A stretch of DNA of 64,000 nucleotides, taken from contig JBHHYI010000002.1 of assembly GCA_046757525.1 (NCBI GenBank), forward strand, positions 9,326 through 73,325, written 5' to 3'. The stretch is from a bacterium (lineage in GTDB: Bacteria > Zhuqueibacterota > Zhuqueibacteria > Oceanimicrobiales > Oceanimicrobiaceae). The notes beneath the pieces were generated by a model, which was not told the origin of the DNA, made no database searches, and saw only the letters and a program-made list of their open reading frames with translations. Below are positions 1 to 8,868 of this stretch, piece after piece (the first letter of the stretch is position 1; every line of letters starts with the position of its first letter). The translations under genes and the position numbers were made by a program.

Positions 1-2118
1 CTCCTTCAGCGTGTCAGCAACCGCCACAATACCTGCGGCCTTACCATTCTCTGCCACGAACATAGGCGTCTTGCCTTGGTTAGACAACGCCTCAGCCTTT
101 TCCAACAAGGTACGCAATTGCACCGCTCGTTTTTGCATTAATTTCTCATTTCCTAACAGAACCACGGTGCCATTCACAGTGGCTTGGATACCATGACCTG
201 TAATCGCATTGAACTCGGTCGGGTCGCTCATCTTGACGCCCAGAGCCTTCGCCTTATTCACGATGGCTTCTCCCAAAGGATGCTCCGAATACTTTTCCGC
301 CGAAGCAGCCAGGCGCAAAACGGTATCTTCGTCGTAACCATTAAACGGCACAATATCCGTAACCTCTGGTTCTCCTTTGGTCAGGGTGCCGGTTTTGTCG
401 AATACAATGGTATTCAGACGATGTGCGGTTTCAAGACTTTCGCCGCCTTTAATCAGAATGCCATTTTCAGCGCCTTTGCCGGTACCCACCATGATGGCCG
501 TGGGCGTAGCCAACCCAAGGGCGCAAGGACAGGCGATAATCAGCACGGCAACAAAGTTTAGTAAAGCAAAGGTAAAGGCCGGCGTCGGCCCGAAAGCCCA
601 CCACACGACAAAGGTCGCCACGGCGATGCCAATGACAATCGGAACAAAGACGCCGCTTATTTTATCCGCCAGGCGCTGAATAGGCGCCTTGGAACCCTGC
701 GCCTCTTCCACCAACTTGATAATCTGCGCCAGGGCGGTATCCTTGCCGATCTTGATGGCCTTGAATTTGAACGATCCGGTTTTGTTGATGGTGGCGCCGA
801 TGACCTCGTCGCCAATGCTCTTCTCCACCGGCAGACTTTCTCCAGTCAGCATGGACTCATCCAGGGCCGACCGTCCTTCGACGATTTCTCCATCTACTGG
901 AACCTTTTCACCGGGTCGCACCACCACAATCTCTCCAATTTCAACGTTTTCGACCGGAATATCGACCTCTTCCCCGTTTCTAACCACCCTGGCCGTCTTG
1001 GCCTGCAAGCCCATGAGCTTTTTGATGGCCTCGCTGGTATGCCCCTTGGCAATGGCTTCCAAATAGCGTCCGAGGAGAATCAAGGTGACGATGATCGCAG
1101 CGGTGTCAAAATAGACTTTGGGCTGACGACCTGCCGAGGTGAAAAATGCAGGAAATAGGATGGCCGCCAAACTGTAAAAATAGGCTGCGGAGGTACCCAC
1201 GGCAATCAACGTGTTCATATCCGCGGTCTTGTGCTTTAACGCCGCCCAGAATCCGCGATAAAACTGCCAGCCGACCCAGAACTGCACGGGTGTGGCTAAG
1301 ATGAGCAGCACCCAATAATTAGAAAGCAAATCCGGCAGCCACGCGAACCATTCCTGGAAGCTACCCAGAAAAATGGGCAAGCTGAGCAGTGCTCCGACAA
1401 TCAGTTTGGTGCGCAAGGTGCGGATTTCCTTTTCCCGCGCCATCTTCTCGCGGTCCACGGCTTCTTCTCCCTCTTCGATTTCAAGCACCTCATAGCCCGT
1501 GTCGTGCACCACCTTTTTCAAGTCCGAGACACGCACCTGTGCCGAAAGAAAAGTCACGGTCGCCTTCTCGCTGGCAAAGTTGACGCTGGCGGAAACGACT
1601 CCTGGCGTTTTCAGAAGCGCGTTTTCAATCTTCTGTACGCAACTGGCGCAGCTCATCCCTGAAATTGGCAGAACGACTTTTTCGACCGCCGGCGTATAGC
1701 CGACGTCATTCACCGTGTCCACAACGTCTCGCGGCGAGACCCTGGCAGGGTCAAACACAACCGTGGCCTTTTCCGAACCGAAATTGACCGCGGCGTCGAG
1801 GACGCCGTCCACACCACGCAGCCCTTTCTCGATTTTTTCCACACAACTGGCGCAGCTCATGCCCTGAATAGGCACAATCAGTTTTGCCTTGCCCTTCACA
1901 CCCACCTCGTCCGTGGCGGTCCTGGCCGCTTCCGCAAGGTGCACCTCTCCCTCACCCACTGCACACACCGCGGTTGGATTCAGATATTTCTCAGGCTCTG
2001 CATCGAACTTTTTCTTGCACGCCTCTGCACAAAAATAAAACGTCGTACCATTGTGCTTGCTGGTCGCGGCCGCTTCCTTCTCATCCACAGTCATGCCGCA
2101 AACTGGATCTAATGACAT
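1..2118 (-). CDS. copA: Copper-translocating P1B-type ATPase (CopA). The N-terminus is present, and the C-terminus runs off the window at position 1.
   Basis: My reverse-strand translation starts at ATG 2118 with GGAGG 6 nt upstream. It reads [13 protein letters not shown] (YHS/TRASH-like CGM motif), then two HMA domains (GMSCASCV twice), the CPC transmembrane motif ([13 protein letters not shown]) and the DKTGTLT phosphorylation motif. The reading frame stays open to position 1. Confidence 0.9.
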   Translation of the reverse strand, partial: MSLDPVCGMTVDEKEAAATSKHNGTTFYFCAEACKKKFDAEPEKYLNPTAVCAVGEGEVHLAEAARTATDEVGVKGKAKLIVPIQGMSCASCVEKIEKGLRGVDGVLDAAVNFGSEKATVVFDPARVSPRDVVDTVNDVGYTPAVEKVVLPISGMSCASCVQKIENALLKTPGVVSASVNFASEKATVTFLSAQVRVSDLKKVVHDTGYEVLEIEEGEEAVDREKMAREKEIRTLRTKLIVGALLSLPIFLGSFQEWFAWLPDLLSNYWVLLILATPVQFWVGWQFYRGFWAALKHKTADMNTLIAVGTSAAYFYSLAAILFPAFFTSAGRQPKVYFDTAAIIVTLILLGRYLEAIAKGHTSEAIKKLMGLQAKTARVVRNGEEVDIPVENVEIGEIVVVRPGEKVPVDGEIVEGRSALDESMLTGESLPVEKSIGDEVIGATINKTGSFKFKAIKIGKDTALAQIIKLVEEAQGSKAPIQRLADKISGVFVPIVIGIAVATFVVWWAFGPTPAFTFALLNFVAVLIIACPCALGLATPTAIMVGTGKGAENGILIKGGESLETAHRLNTIVFDKTGTLTKGEPEVTDIVPFNGYDEDTVLRLAASAEKYSEHPLGEAIVNKAKALGVKMSDPTEFNAITGHGIQATVNGTVVLLGNEKLMQKRAVQLRTLLEKAEALSNQGKTPMFVAENGKAAGIVAVADTLKE

Positions 2119-2518
2119 TTGAGTACCTCCTTATCCATGATTCAAATGATTGCTCCTTGCTGGTTGGCCGTTCTTCTCGTCTATCTTGCCATCTCCGCAC
2201 TTGAAGCGTTAACCCGTCTACACCGACCACCTCCGCGAACTCGTTTTTGCGCAAGGCATCAAAAGAGACAGCCTTCCAAATCTCACCGTGCACCTGAACA
2301 CGTCCTTCTGGATTCAATGGCTTGAGCACCTTAGCTTTTGCACGCATGAGGCCCTCCTTGCCAGTTTGTACTGAGCGTCTCATCGCCCGCATGATTTCAA
2401 AATAAAACCAGGCAGACAGCAAGACTATCGCACCGTATACCGGGACTGCCGTCCAAACAGGCAAGAGCCAGAATACAGCCAATCCAAAAATGGGCATCAT
2501 TAAAATCAGATGACACAT
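2081..2518 (-). CDS. Short NfeD-family membrane protein carrying only the C-terminal OB-fold domain. It overlaps the copA start by 38 nt.
   Basis: 145 aa. The N-terminus is hydrophobic ([34 protein letters not shown]). The C-terminus reads [35 protein letters not shown], typical of the NfeD OB domain. An AAGGAGA RBS lies upstream. The full-length NfeD at 44949 ends in the similar [15 protein letters not shown]. Confidence 0.6.
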   Translation of the reverse strand: MCHLILMMPIFGLAVFWLLPVWTAVPVYGAIVLLSAWFYFEIMRAMRRSVQTGKEGLMRAKAKVLKPLNPEGRVQVHGEIWKAVSFDALRKNEFAEVVGVDGLTLQVRRWQDRREERPTSKEQSFESWIRRYSNVIRSSLRHDCG

Positions 2519-2814
2519 CGTGCTTGTTTGTATCTCCTTCGTTTGATCGTCTCTTTACACTTTTGTTAGACAAGAAACATGCCACATGCTTAGACAGTCT
2601 ACTAACCATTTTTAAATTAGGGAGTTAGAATGTTTGATTCGGCAGGTTTTTAGGTGAAGATTGAACAGTATTCTACATTCTGAATGGTGAGTATTCAACA
2701 GCTTTTGTAGTTGCAGCCGATCTATACTTATTACTCCTCCTGAATACGAGAAAAGGCTTTGAATCTACTGGACGATTTCTTATATTAATATGGGTATTAA
2801 CTAGGAGACTAATC

Positions 2815-2955
2815 ATGAAACGTATGAGCTTAAATGAGATTAGAAAGAAATATCCCGATGAGTGGGTACTTCTGGCAGGGCCCGAGACAGATGAATTTTT
2901 GAATATAAAAACCGCCGTCGTGATTGCACACAGCCCGCATCGTAGTGAAATATAG
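2815..2955 (+). CDS. Small hypothetical protein of 46 aa, possibly DUF5678-like.
   Basis: ATG at 2815 sits 6 nt after AGGAGA. The protein is MKRMSLNEIRKKYPDEWVLLAGPETDEFLNIKTAVVIAHSPHRSEI. It is too short to appear in the ORF track. It lies in an AT-rich islet immediately upstream of the aspartic protease gene. Confidence 0.4.
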   Translation: MKRMSLNEIRKKYPDEWVLLAGPETDEFLNIKTAVVIAHSPHRSEI

Positions 2956-3032
2956 CTGAAACAACGAAATCTGGAAGGACATTACGCTATTGAGTACACC
3001 GGTGAAATTGCTAAAAGCAAGGTCTTCGTTTT

Positions 3033-3456
3033 ATGAGCCTCCATATTTCTTTTGACCCTCACGAGAACTTAATCTATCTTCGAGCAAGGATTTTTGGGCC
3101 AACAGGTAGCCGCATTACGAAAATGGCACTTGACACAGGTGCTACGACCACGCTTGTGTCAGCCGATATTATCAATGCTGGGGTATTCACCAGCTATCGG
3201 TGAAACGGTTCGGCTCATTATGGGAGGAAGCATACAGTATGCATCACAAGTAATAGTGCAAATGCTGGAAGCAGCAGATGAGCGAGTAGAAAACCTGCGG
3301 ATAATCTGCCATGACCTTCCGGAAGAGAGTGGACTTGATGGTCTGTTGGGGTTGAATTTTCTGAGCCATTTCAATACCGAGATTAACTACAGCAATGGTA
3401 CGCTCATTCTTAAGCCAATTCAAAATGCTCAGCCTTCCGGCATACTTCAGGCATAG
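3033..3456 (+). pseudogene. Retropepsin-like (clan AA) aspartic protease with an apparent +1 frameshift near 3190-3205.
   Basis: Frame 3 (3033-3203) encodes MSLHISFDPHENLIYLRARIFGPTGSRITKMALDTGATTTLVSADIINAGVFTSYR and then a stop. The DTGA motif is the aspartic protease active site. Frame 1 (ORF 3094-3456) carries the rest: ...AIGETVRLIMGGSIQYASQVIVQ...ICHDLPEESGLDGLLGLNFLSHFNTEINYSNGTLILKPI. Together they give a ~140 aa single-domain retropepsin-like protease. Confidence 0.55.
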
Positions 3457-3502
3457 TCACAATTAATGCCTACTTGGTCACGTCGTGACATAAAAAAGGC
3501 AG

Positions 3503-3536
3503 GCCCATCCTGAACCTGCCTTCTTAATCTTACACC
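3503..3536 (-). terminator. Rho-independent terminator after the SHOCT gene.
   Basis: The minus strand reads AAGGCAGG-ttcaggatggg-CCTGCCTT followed by TTTTTTAT. Confidence 0.6.
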
Positions 3537-3543
3537 CGCGAGG

Positions 3544-3747
3544 CTAATGCGTCAGCATCTTCTTGCGCTCTTCAAACTCCTGTTTGTCAATCTCGCCGCG
3601 GGCGAACCGCTCGCGCAAGATATCCAACGCCGACTTACCTTTTTTCATGATCTTTCCTTTGGAATCGGTGTAATCGATAAATACCTTGACACCCCATACA
3701 ATTAAGACAATGAGTGCTATCCAAAGAATCCAGATGCCAAACATCAT
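3544..3747 (-). CDS. SHOCT-domain membrane protein.
   Basis: 67 aa with an N-terminal TM helix. The C-terminus reads LDILRERFARGEIDKQEFEERKKML, matching the SHOCT short C-terminal domain consensus. Confidence 0.7.
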   Translation of the reverse strand: MMFGIWILWIALIVLIVWGVKVFIDYTDSKGKIMKKGKSALDILRERFARGEIDKQEFEERKKMLTH

Positions 3748-3804
3748 GACTATACACCTCCTTCAATTTGTTATAGCCTCGCAGGCCAGGCAAAGAGCCT
3801 TTTT

Positions 3805-4446
3805 CTACTCTGTTTTAGGGTGATGCTTCTCATGTTCACTGGTTCCAGAGTCACTTTTTGAACTGCTACCCATCATGGGACAATCACCATTTTGACCCTG
3901 AGACATGGATCCCATTTGCATCATCCCACCACGCATGCCAGACATTTTCATCGATTTTGTCTTCTTCAACTGTTCTGGCGTGAGCACGGCACGAGCATCC
4001 AGTTGGGCCTTGAATTCGGTCAATCGAATGTCTGACCTCAGGTCCTCCACTCTTTTGGCCTTTGTTTCAAGGTCTGAGCGCTTGGCTTTCATACCTGTCA
4101 TGAGTTCATTGAGCTCGAGATTCGCGATTTTCAGGTCTGCCTCTTTTCGAATGACCGCTTTCTGGGTTGTGGTCTTGATTTTTTGGAGCTGCTCAATCTG
4201 GGAGTCGTTTAGGCCCAGGGACTCTGCCTGATTTAAGAAAAATCCCTGCATGTGACCCGCGCCCATCATGGGACACATCGAATCACCCATCTGGCACATC
4301 ATCTTCTGCCCCATCATCTTGTGCATGCCCTGCCCCATCGGCATGCCTTGCATCCCCATTTTTTGTTGCGACATACCTTGCGCCCACATGGGGCTGGCCA
4401 ATGCAACAGCAATCATGGCCGTCAAGAAAAATTTGAGTGTTCTCAT
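3805..4446 (-). CDS. Periplasmic Spy/CpxP/ZraP-family protein with Met/His-rich metal-binding-like tracts.
   Basis: It has a signal peptide (MRTLKFFLTAMIAVALASPMWAQ). The N- and C-terminal tracts are Met-rich (MGMQGMPMGQGMHKMMGQKMMCQMGDSMCPMMGAGHMQG and MSGMRGGMMQMGSMSQGQNGDCPMMG), and the protein ends HEKHHPKTE. The central helical region carries LTxxQ-type motifs (LNDSQIEQLQ, LTPEQLKK) diagnostic of the Spy/CpxP family. Confidence 0.75.
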   Translation of the reverse strand: MRTLKFFLTAMIAVALASPMWAQGMSQQKMGMQGMPMGQGMHKMMGQKMMCQMGDSMCPMMGAGHMQGFFLNQAESLGLNDSQIEQLQKIKTTTQKAVIRKEADLKIANLELNELMTGMKAKRSDLETKAKRVEDLRSDIRLTEFKAQLDARAVLTPEQLKKTKSMKMSGMRGGMMQMGSMSQGQNGDCPMMGSSSKSDSGTSEHEKHHPKTE

Positions 4447-4520
4447 GGTACTATCTCCTTTCTTGATTAGTTAGATGAGAATCTCTTCTGAATTACAAAA
4501 TTAAACTCGTTCCTTCCTTA

Positions 4521-4536
4521 CGCAACACTCATGCCA
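4521..4536 (-). promoter_or_regulatory. Sigma-54 (RpoN) promoter driving the ZraP-like/SHOCT operon.
   Basis: The minus strand reads cTGGCATgagtgTTGCGt. The -24 GG and -12 GC elements have exact consensus spacing (TGGCAC-N5-TTGCW). The site is ~75 nt upstream of the ATG at 4446. Confidence 0.5.
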
Positions 4537-5298
4537 GAAAGAAAGGTGCACCTGTTAGAAAAGTATCCGCTCTTTAACTCTGGTAAACTCAGACACTTTT
4601 ATCCCTTTCAACATTAAAAGATGGTTTGCCGGGATGCTCCTTTTGCAGAATATTTGACAACGCCACTGATGAATACTCTACAGCCCGCACGGGACGAAGC
4701 ATCCCAGATTGGCACCTACGACTGGCCAGAAGTTTCAAACGCACCGACGTCAGGGCGCGGCAAGAGTTTGACAATGGGAGTTGTCGAAGCTCTTATGAAA
4801 AGTGCCACGAGTCAGCTTGAGCGAAACCTTGAGGTATGGGGACTACGTTTTCTCAGGCATCCGTCAGCAGCCGGACTGATCCGTCAAGCGCCGGACTAAT
4901 GAGCCAGGACTCAATTGGTTGACACTGTCCTTGCTTCAGGGGAGAGTCGGCTTTGGCGTGGGCCAGCCACGCTTGCGCCTGTGGACCGTGCAAAGGCTAA
5001 AACAAGGCTTCAGCACTCCAGGGAGGCGGCTCGGCAGGCAAAACGAAGATGGGAAAAAGAAGGCGAGAGAACCCCGTCGTTGGCATAGCCTCCCGAAAGA
5101 CATCTTCATACCAGGCACGGAGTACGCCGTCACGGGGTCTTGAAGTCTAAGATTCAGCGACTGCACGCTGAGATGTCCCGATGAAAGAGGGGTGTAGGGT
5201 TGCGGCACGAAGAAGCAGAACTCAGGCGGCATCTCTAAAGGTCATTTCGACGACTGGCAGCGGAGGAGAAATCTTGTTTGGTAAGCGACGGATTCAGC

Positions 5299-5733
5299 TC
5301 AGAGATTCTGTGGCCCAAACACGGCCTCAAATTGCTGCGGTGTTTTGACCATCCTTCTTTTTTCGAAGTCGAAGAAGACCACGCCTGTCTTGGCTCGAGC
5401 AACTTCTCTGCCGCTGGCTTTGCTGGAAATCTTGAAAAAAAAGTCACAACCGTTGCGGTTGATTCCGTCGACTGCAACCTCGAATGTGAGGACTTCGCTG
5501 AGGAAGACTTCGCATTTGTACACAACCACGGCATCGACCACAACCAGACCCACGCCCTCAATGTTCAATTCAGAAAAACCGAATTGCTGTAAAAACCGCA
5601 TTCTGGCTTCGTGAATGAGAGACAAGAACTTGTCGTTGCCGAGGTGGCCACCGTAATTGAGATCGGTGACCCGAACTCTCATTTCCGTGGAAAACTGAAA
5701 TTTGTCGGGTAGATTTATTTTGACGCGCGCCAT
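5299..5733 (-). CDS. Acyl-CoA thioesterase of the 4HBT/YbgC hotdog family.
   Basis: 144 aa. Residues ...VTDLNYGGHLGNDKFLSLIHEARMRFL... are typical of the YbgC/4HBT family. Confidence 0.75.
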   Translation of the reverse strand: MARVKINLPDKFQFSTEMRVRVTDLNYGGHLGNDKFLSLIHEARMRFLQQFGFSELNIEGVGLVVVDAVVVYKCEVFLSEVLTFEVAVDGINRNGCDFFFKISSKASGREVARAKTGVVFFDFEKRRMVKTPQQFEAVFGPQNL

Positions 5734-5958
5734 GATTTTATCGAGTAGCCGAATAGGTGATTTGCTTCAAACATCCCATAAAAAGCGTTGCACGACCAGG
5801 TTGAAAAACTTACGGATTCCGGAACAAATAGGCAACCATTTTTTGGTTTCAGGAGGCTACGATTGGGGACACAAGAAAGTTGACCTTTTTGCAATTTAAT
5901 CTTATATTCGCATTGCACTCAATTCAATGGCCTTGACAAACAAAAAAGGTGGCAAGTC

Positions 5959-8073
5959 ATGAACCACTCGCTGGATGCGATTTTTAGACCCAAATCTGTG
6001 GCTGTGGTTGGGGCTTCAACGCAGAGAGGAGTCCTGGGCAGGGAAATTTTCGACAAGCTCTTAGGTAGCGATTTTAATGGCCCGGTCTACCCGGTTAATC
6101 CCAAAGCCCAATACATTCACGCTGTCAAGGCCTATCCCAGAATTTCTGCCATTCCCGATCAGGTTGATTTGGCGGTGTTGGTGGTTCGTAAGGAGTTTGT
6201 GTTGGACATCATTCGCGAGTGCGCGGACTGCGGGGTGAAAGGGGTGATCGTCCTGACGGCCGGATTCAAGGAGACCGGGGCCAGAGGGGCGCAAGTGGAG
6301 CGGCAAATGGTGGAGATTTTGCAGGCACACCGCATGCGCATGGTGGGTCCCAACTGCATGGGGGTCATCAATACAGAATCCGAAGTGAGGTTGGATGCCA
6401 CCTTTGCACCGGTTGTGCCCGAACCCGGGAATGTTGGCATCGTCTCGCAGAGCGGAGCGCTGGGGCAGACCATTCTCGAGCACGCCCAGAACTTGAACCT
6501 GGGCGTCGCCATGTTCGCCTCGGTGGGTAACAAAGCCGATGTTTCTGGCAACGACCTTTTGGAGTACTGGCGCGACAATCCGCACGTGGAAGTGATTCTT
6601 ATGTACTTGGAGAGCTTCGGCAATCCCAAGAAGTTCGTGCAGTTGGCCAAACAGGTGAGCAAGAAAAAGCCCATCATCATCGTGAAGTCGGGTAGGACCG
6701 TCTCCGGGGCGCGGGCAGCCACCTCCCACACCGGTGCTCTGGCCGGCATGGACGTGGCCTACGACGCTTTGTTTAAGCAGAGCGGTGTCATCCGCGCTGA
6801 CACCATCGAAGAGATGTTCGACTTTGCGCTGGGCATGGCCAATCTTCCGAGGCCAAAAGGAAACCGGGTGGCCATTATTACCAACGCTGGCGGTCCGGCC
6901 ATCATGGCGGCTGATGCTTGTGAGAGCCTGGGGCTGGAAGTAGCCAAATTGCGCAACGAAACCAAGGCCAGGCTGCGAGAAAAATTGGTGCCGGAAGCCA
7001 GTGTGCAGAATCCCATCGACCTACTGGCCGGCGGCGGTCCGGACGAGTTCCAATTTGCGCTGGATGAAGTGCTTCGGGACAAAAATGTGGACGCCGCCAT
7101 CGTCATTTTCGTGGCGCCGATCATCACCGATCCAACGCAGGTGGCTCTGAAAATTTCCCAGGTGGCTGCGAAATTCGAAAAACCCGTGCTCGGCTGCTTC
7201 ATGGGGGTTAAAGGCGTGGCCACAGGGGTCGAGGAGCTGCATCGCCGTAGGATCCCGGCCTATGCCTATCCCGAATCCGCCGCTCGAACATTAGCAGCCA
7301 TGGTGAAGTACAGTGAATGGCTGAAGAAGAAGACCGGTACAGTCCCGGAGTTTGACGTTGACAAAGAAACCGTTGCAGCTATTTTGGCGCAGGCCATCAG
7401 GGAAAATCGTGAAGACCTGAACTTCAGAGAAATCACAAGAATCCTTCGGTGTTATCACATCCCCTTTGTTCAGTCCAGAGTCTGCAAAAATGTGGCGGAG
7501 ATTTTGACGGCTGCCAGAGAGATGGCGTGGCCTCTGGTCTTGAAGTTGAGTTCCGAAGAAATCATTCACAAAACGGAAGTCGGAGGCGTGAAAGTGGATT
7601 TGCGCAGTGAACAGGAATTACAGAACGCCTACCGGCAAATGTTCGCAGCGCTTGAACAGAGGAACATCCCCATGCAGTCGGTTTCGTTTGTGGTGCAAGA
7701 GATGTTAGCGGCTGGACGGGAGACCATCGTGGGTTTCCACAGTGTGAAGAATTTTGGCTCGCTGGTGATGTTTGGTCTGGGCGGCATCTACGTGGAAGTG
7801 ATGAACGATGTTGCCTTCAGAATTGCGCCGCTTACCGACCTGGACGCGGCAAGAATGATTCGGGAAATCAAGGGACGGCCGATCTTAGAAGGCATTCGCG
7901 GAGAAGCGCCCGTGCACCTTGGCATCATCGAAGAGACGCTGCTGCGACTTTCGCAACTGACCCTGGACTTCCCACAGATCGTGGAAATGGACATCAATCC
8001 CTTCCTGGTCTTCCCTGAGAAAGCCAAATGCAGAGGCGTCGACGCCAGAATGCGCATCGCTAAAAACGATTGA
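5959..8073 (+). CDS. Acetate--CoA ligase [ADP-forming] / NDP-forming acyl-CoA synthetase, with fused alpha and beta domains.
   Basis: 704 aa. The N-terminus has a CoA-binding domain (SVAVVGASTQRGVLGREIF, VYPVNPK) and a succinyl-CoA-synthetase-like ligase domain. The C-terminus has an ATP-grasp domain. Confidence 0.85.
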   Translation: MNHSLDAIFRPKSVAVVGASTQRGVLGREIFDKLLGSDFNGPVYPVNPKAQYIHAVKAYPRISAIPDQVDLAVLVVRKEFVLDIIRECADCGVKGVIVLTAGFKETGARGAQVERQMVEILQAHRMRMVGPNCMGVINTESEVRLDATFAPVVPEPGNVGIVSQSGALGQTILEHAQNLNLGVAMFASVGNKADVSGNDLLEYWRDNPHVEVILMYLESFGNPKKFVQLAKQVSKKKPIIIVKSGRTVSGARAATSHTGALAGMDVAYDALFKQSGVIRADTIEEMFDFALGMANLPRPKGNRVAIITNAGGPAIMAADACESLGLEVAKLRNETKARLREKLVPEASVQNPIDLLAGGGPDEFQFALDEVLRDKNVDAAIVIFVAPIITDPTQVALKISQVAAKFEKPVLGCFMGVKGVATGVEELHRRRIPAYAYPESAARTLAAMVKYSEWLKKKTGTVPEFDVDKETVAAILAQAIRENREDLNFREITRILRCYHIPFVQSRVCKNVAEILTAAREMAWPLVLKLSSEEIIHKTEVGGVKVDLRSEQELQNAYRQMFAALEQRNIPMQSVSFVVQEMLAAGRETIVGFHSVKNFGSLVMFGLGGIYVEVMNDVAFRIAPLTDLDAARMIREIKGRPILEGIRGEAPVHLGIIEETLLRLSQLTLDFPQIVEMDINPFLVFPEKAKCRGVDARMRIAKND

Positions 8074-8274
8074 TATTTGCTGTGTCCAACTTAGTAGAGA
8101 AGCTCTGATAAAAAAAACACCACCACCTTGGTTGCTGGTAACTTTGGTCTCGTTGCGCTCGTTTAGTTAGAAGGCTCGTGTAAACACTTCAGAGCAAGAA
8201 AAATGGAATAAAAAATTTATCATGGAGTATTACCGGTAGAGGAAAGGATCTAACGTTAGCTGCGCCGTGCACTG

Positions 8275-8868
8275 ATGGAATCGCGTGAAGAAAAACAAGT
8301 ATTGAAGTACATCAAAAAAGCCCTTGCAGGTGAGTCGAAAGCCTTTGAGTGGATCGTCCGTGCGTATCAAAAACGCATCTATTACGCCGTTCTGCAAATG
8401 GTCATGAATCATGAAGACGCCAACGATATCATCCAGGATACGTTTGTCAAAGCGTTTACCAAGCTGGACACCTACAATAAGGAATACCCCTTTTACCCAT
8501 GGTTGTATCGCATTGCGATTAACACGACGCTCAATCATCAGAAACAGAAGAAGCGCAATCAGTTGTTGTCTCTGGACGATTCCAATGGCAATCACCAGGG
8601 GGAGCTGGCCATGGAGGCCGAGCAGGTTAACGAAATGGAGAAGAATGAGCTGATCGTAGAGGTCAGGCGAGCGTTGCGGCAAATTCCTGCTGAACAACGC
8701 ATTGTCTTCATGTTGCGGGTCAAAGATGAATTGAGTTACCAGGAAATCAGTGAGTATCTGGAGATTTCCATGGGTACGGTCATGTCGAGATTATCTCGTG
8801 CCCGCGAAAAGCTGCGGGCGCTGCTAAGCAACTATTTAGAGAAGAAGGATGTTGAGGTTAACCGATGA
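8275..8868 (+). CDS. RNA polymerase sigma-70 family ECF sigma factor.
   Basis: 197 aa. Region 2 reads DIIQDTFVKAF...YPWLYRIAINT. Region 4 has an HTH (ELSYQEISEYLEISMGTVMSRLSRAREKLR). Its stop overlaps the next start (ATGA at 8865-8868). Confidence 0.85.
   Translation: MESREEKQVLKYIKKALAGESKAFEWIVRAYQKRIYYAVLQMVMNHEDANDIIQDTFVKAFTKLDTYNKEYPFYPWLYRIAINTTLNHQKQKKRNQLLSLDDSNGNHQGELAMEAEQVNEMEKNELIVEVRRALRQIPAEQRIVFMLRVKDELSYQEISEYLEISMGTVMSRLSRAREKLRALLSNYLEKKDVEVNR

Noticed and set aside
4621-5232. Short overlapping ORFs (92, 64, 74 and 98 aa) in the 4.47-5.30 kb gap, and possible tmRNA, RNase P or SRP RNA
   Set aside because: The ORFs lack RBS, overlap each other and have odd composition. I scanned for the tmRNA tag and 3' end, the RNase P P4/GGUAAGAGCGCACC motif and the SRP domain IV motif and found no match.
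6061-6749. Two overlapping antisense ORFs (222 and 196 aa) inside the acetyl-CoA synthetase gene
   Set aside because: They overlap a strongly supported gene. Both are Gly/His/Arg-rich nonsense sequence with no RBS.
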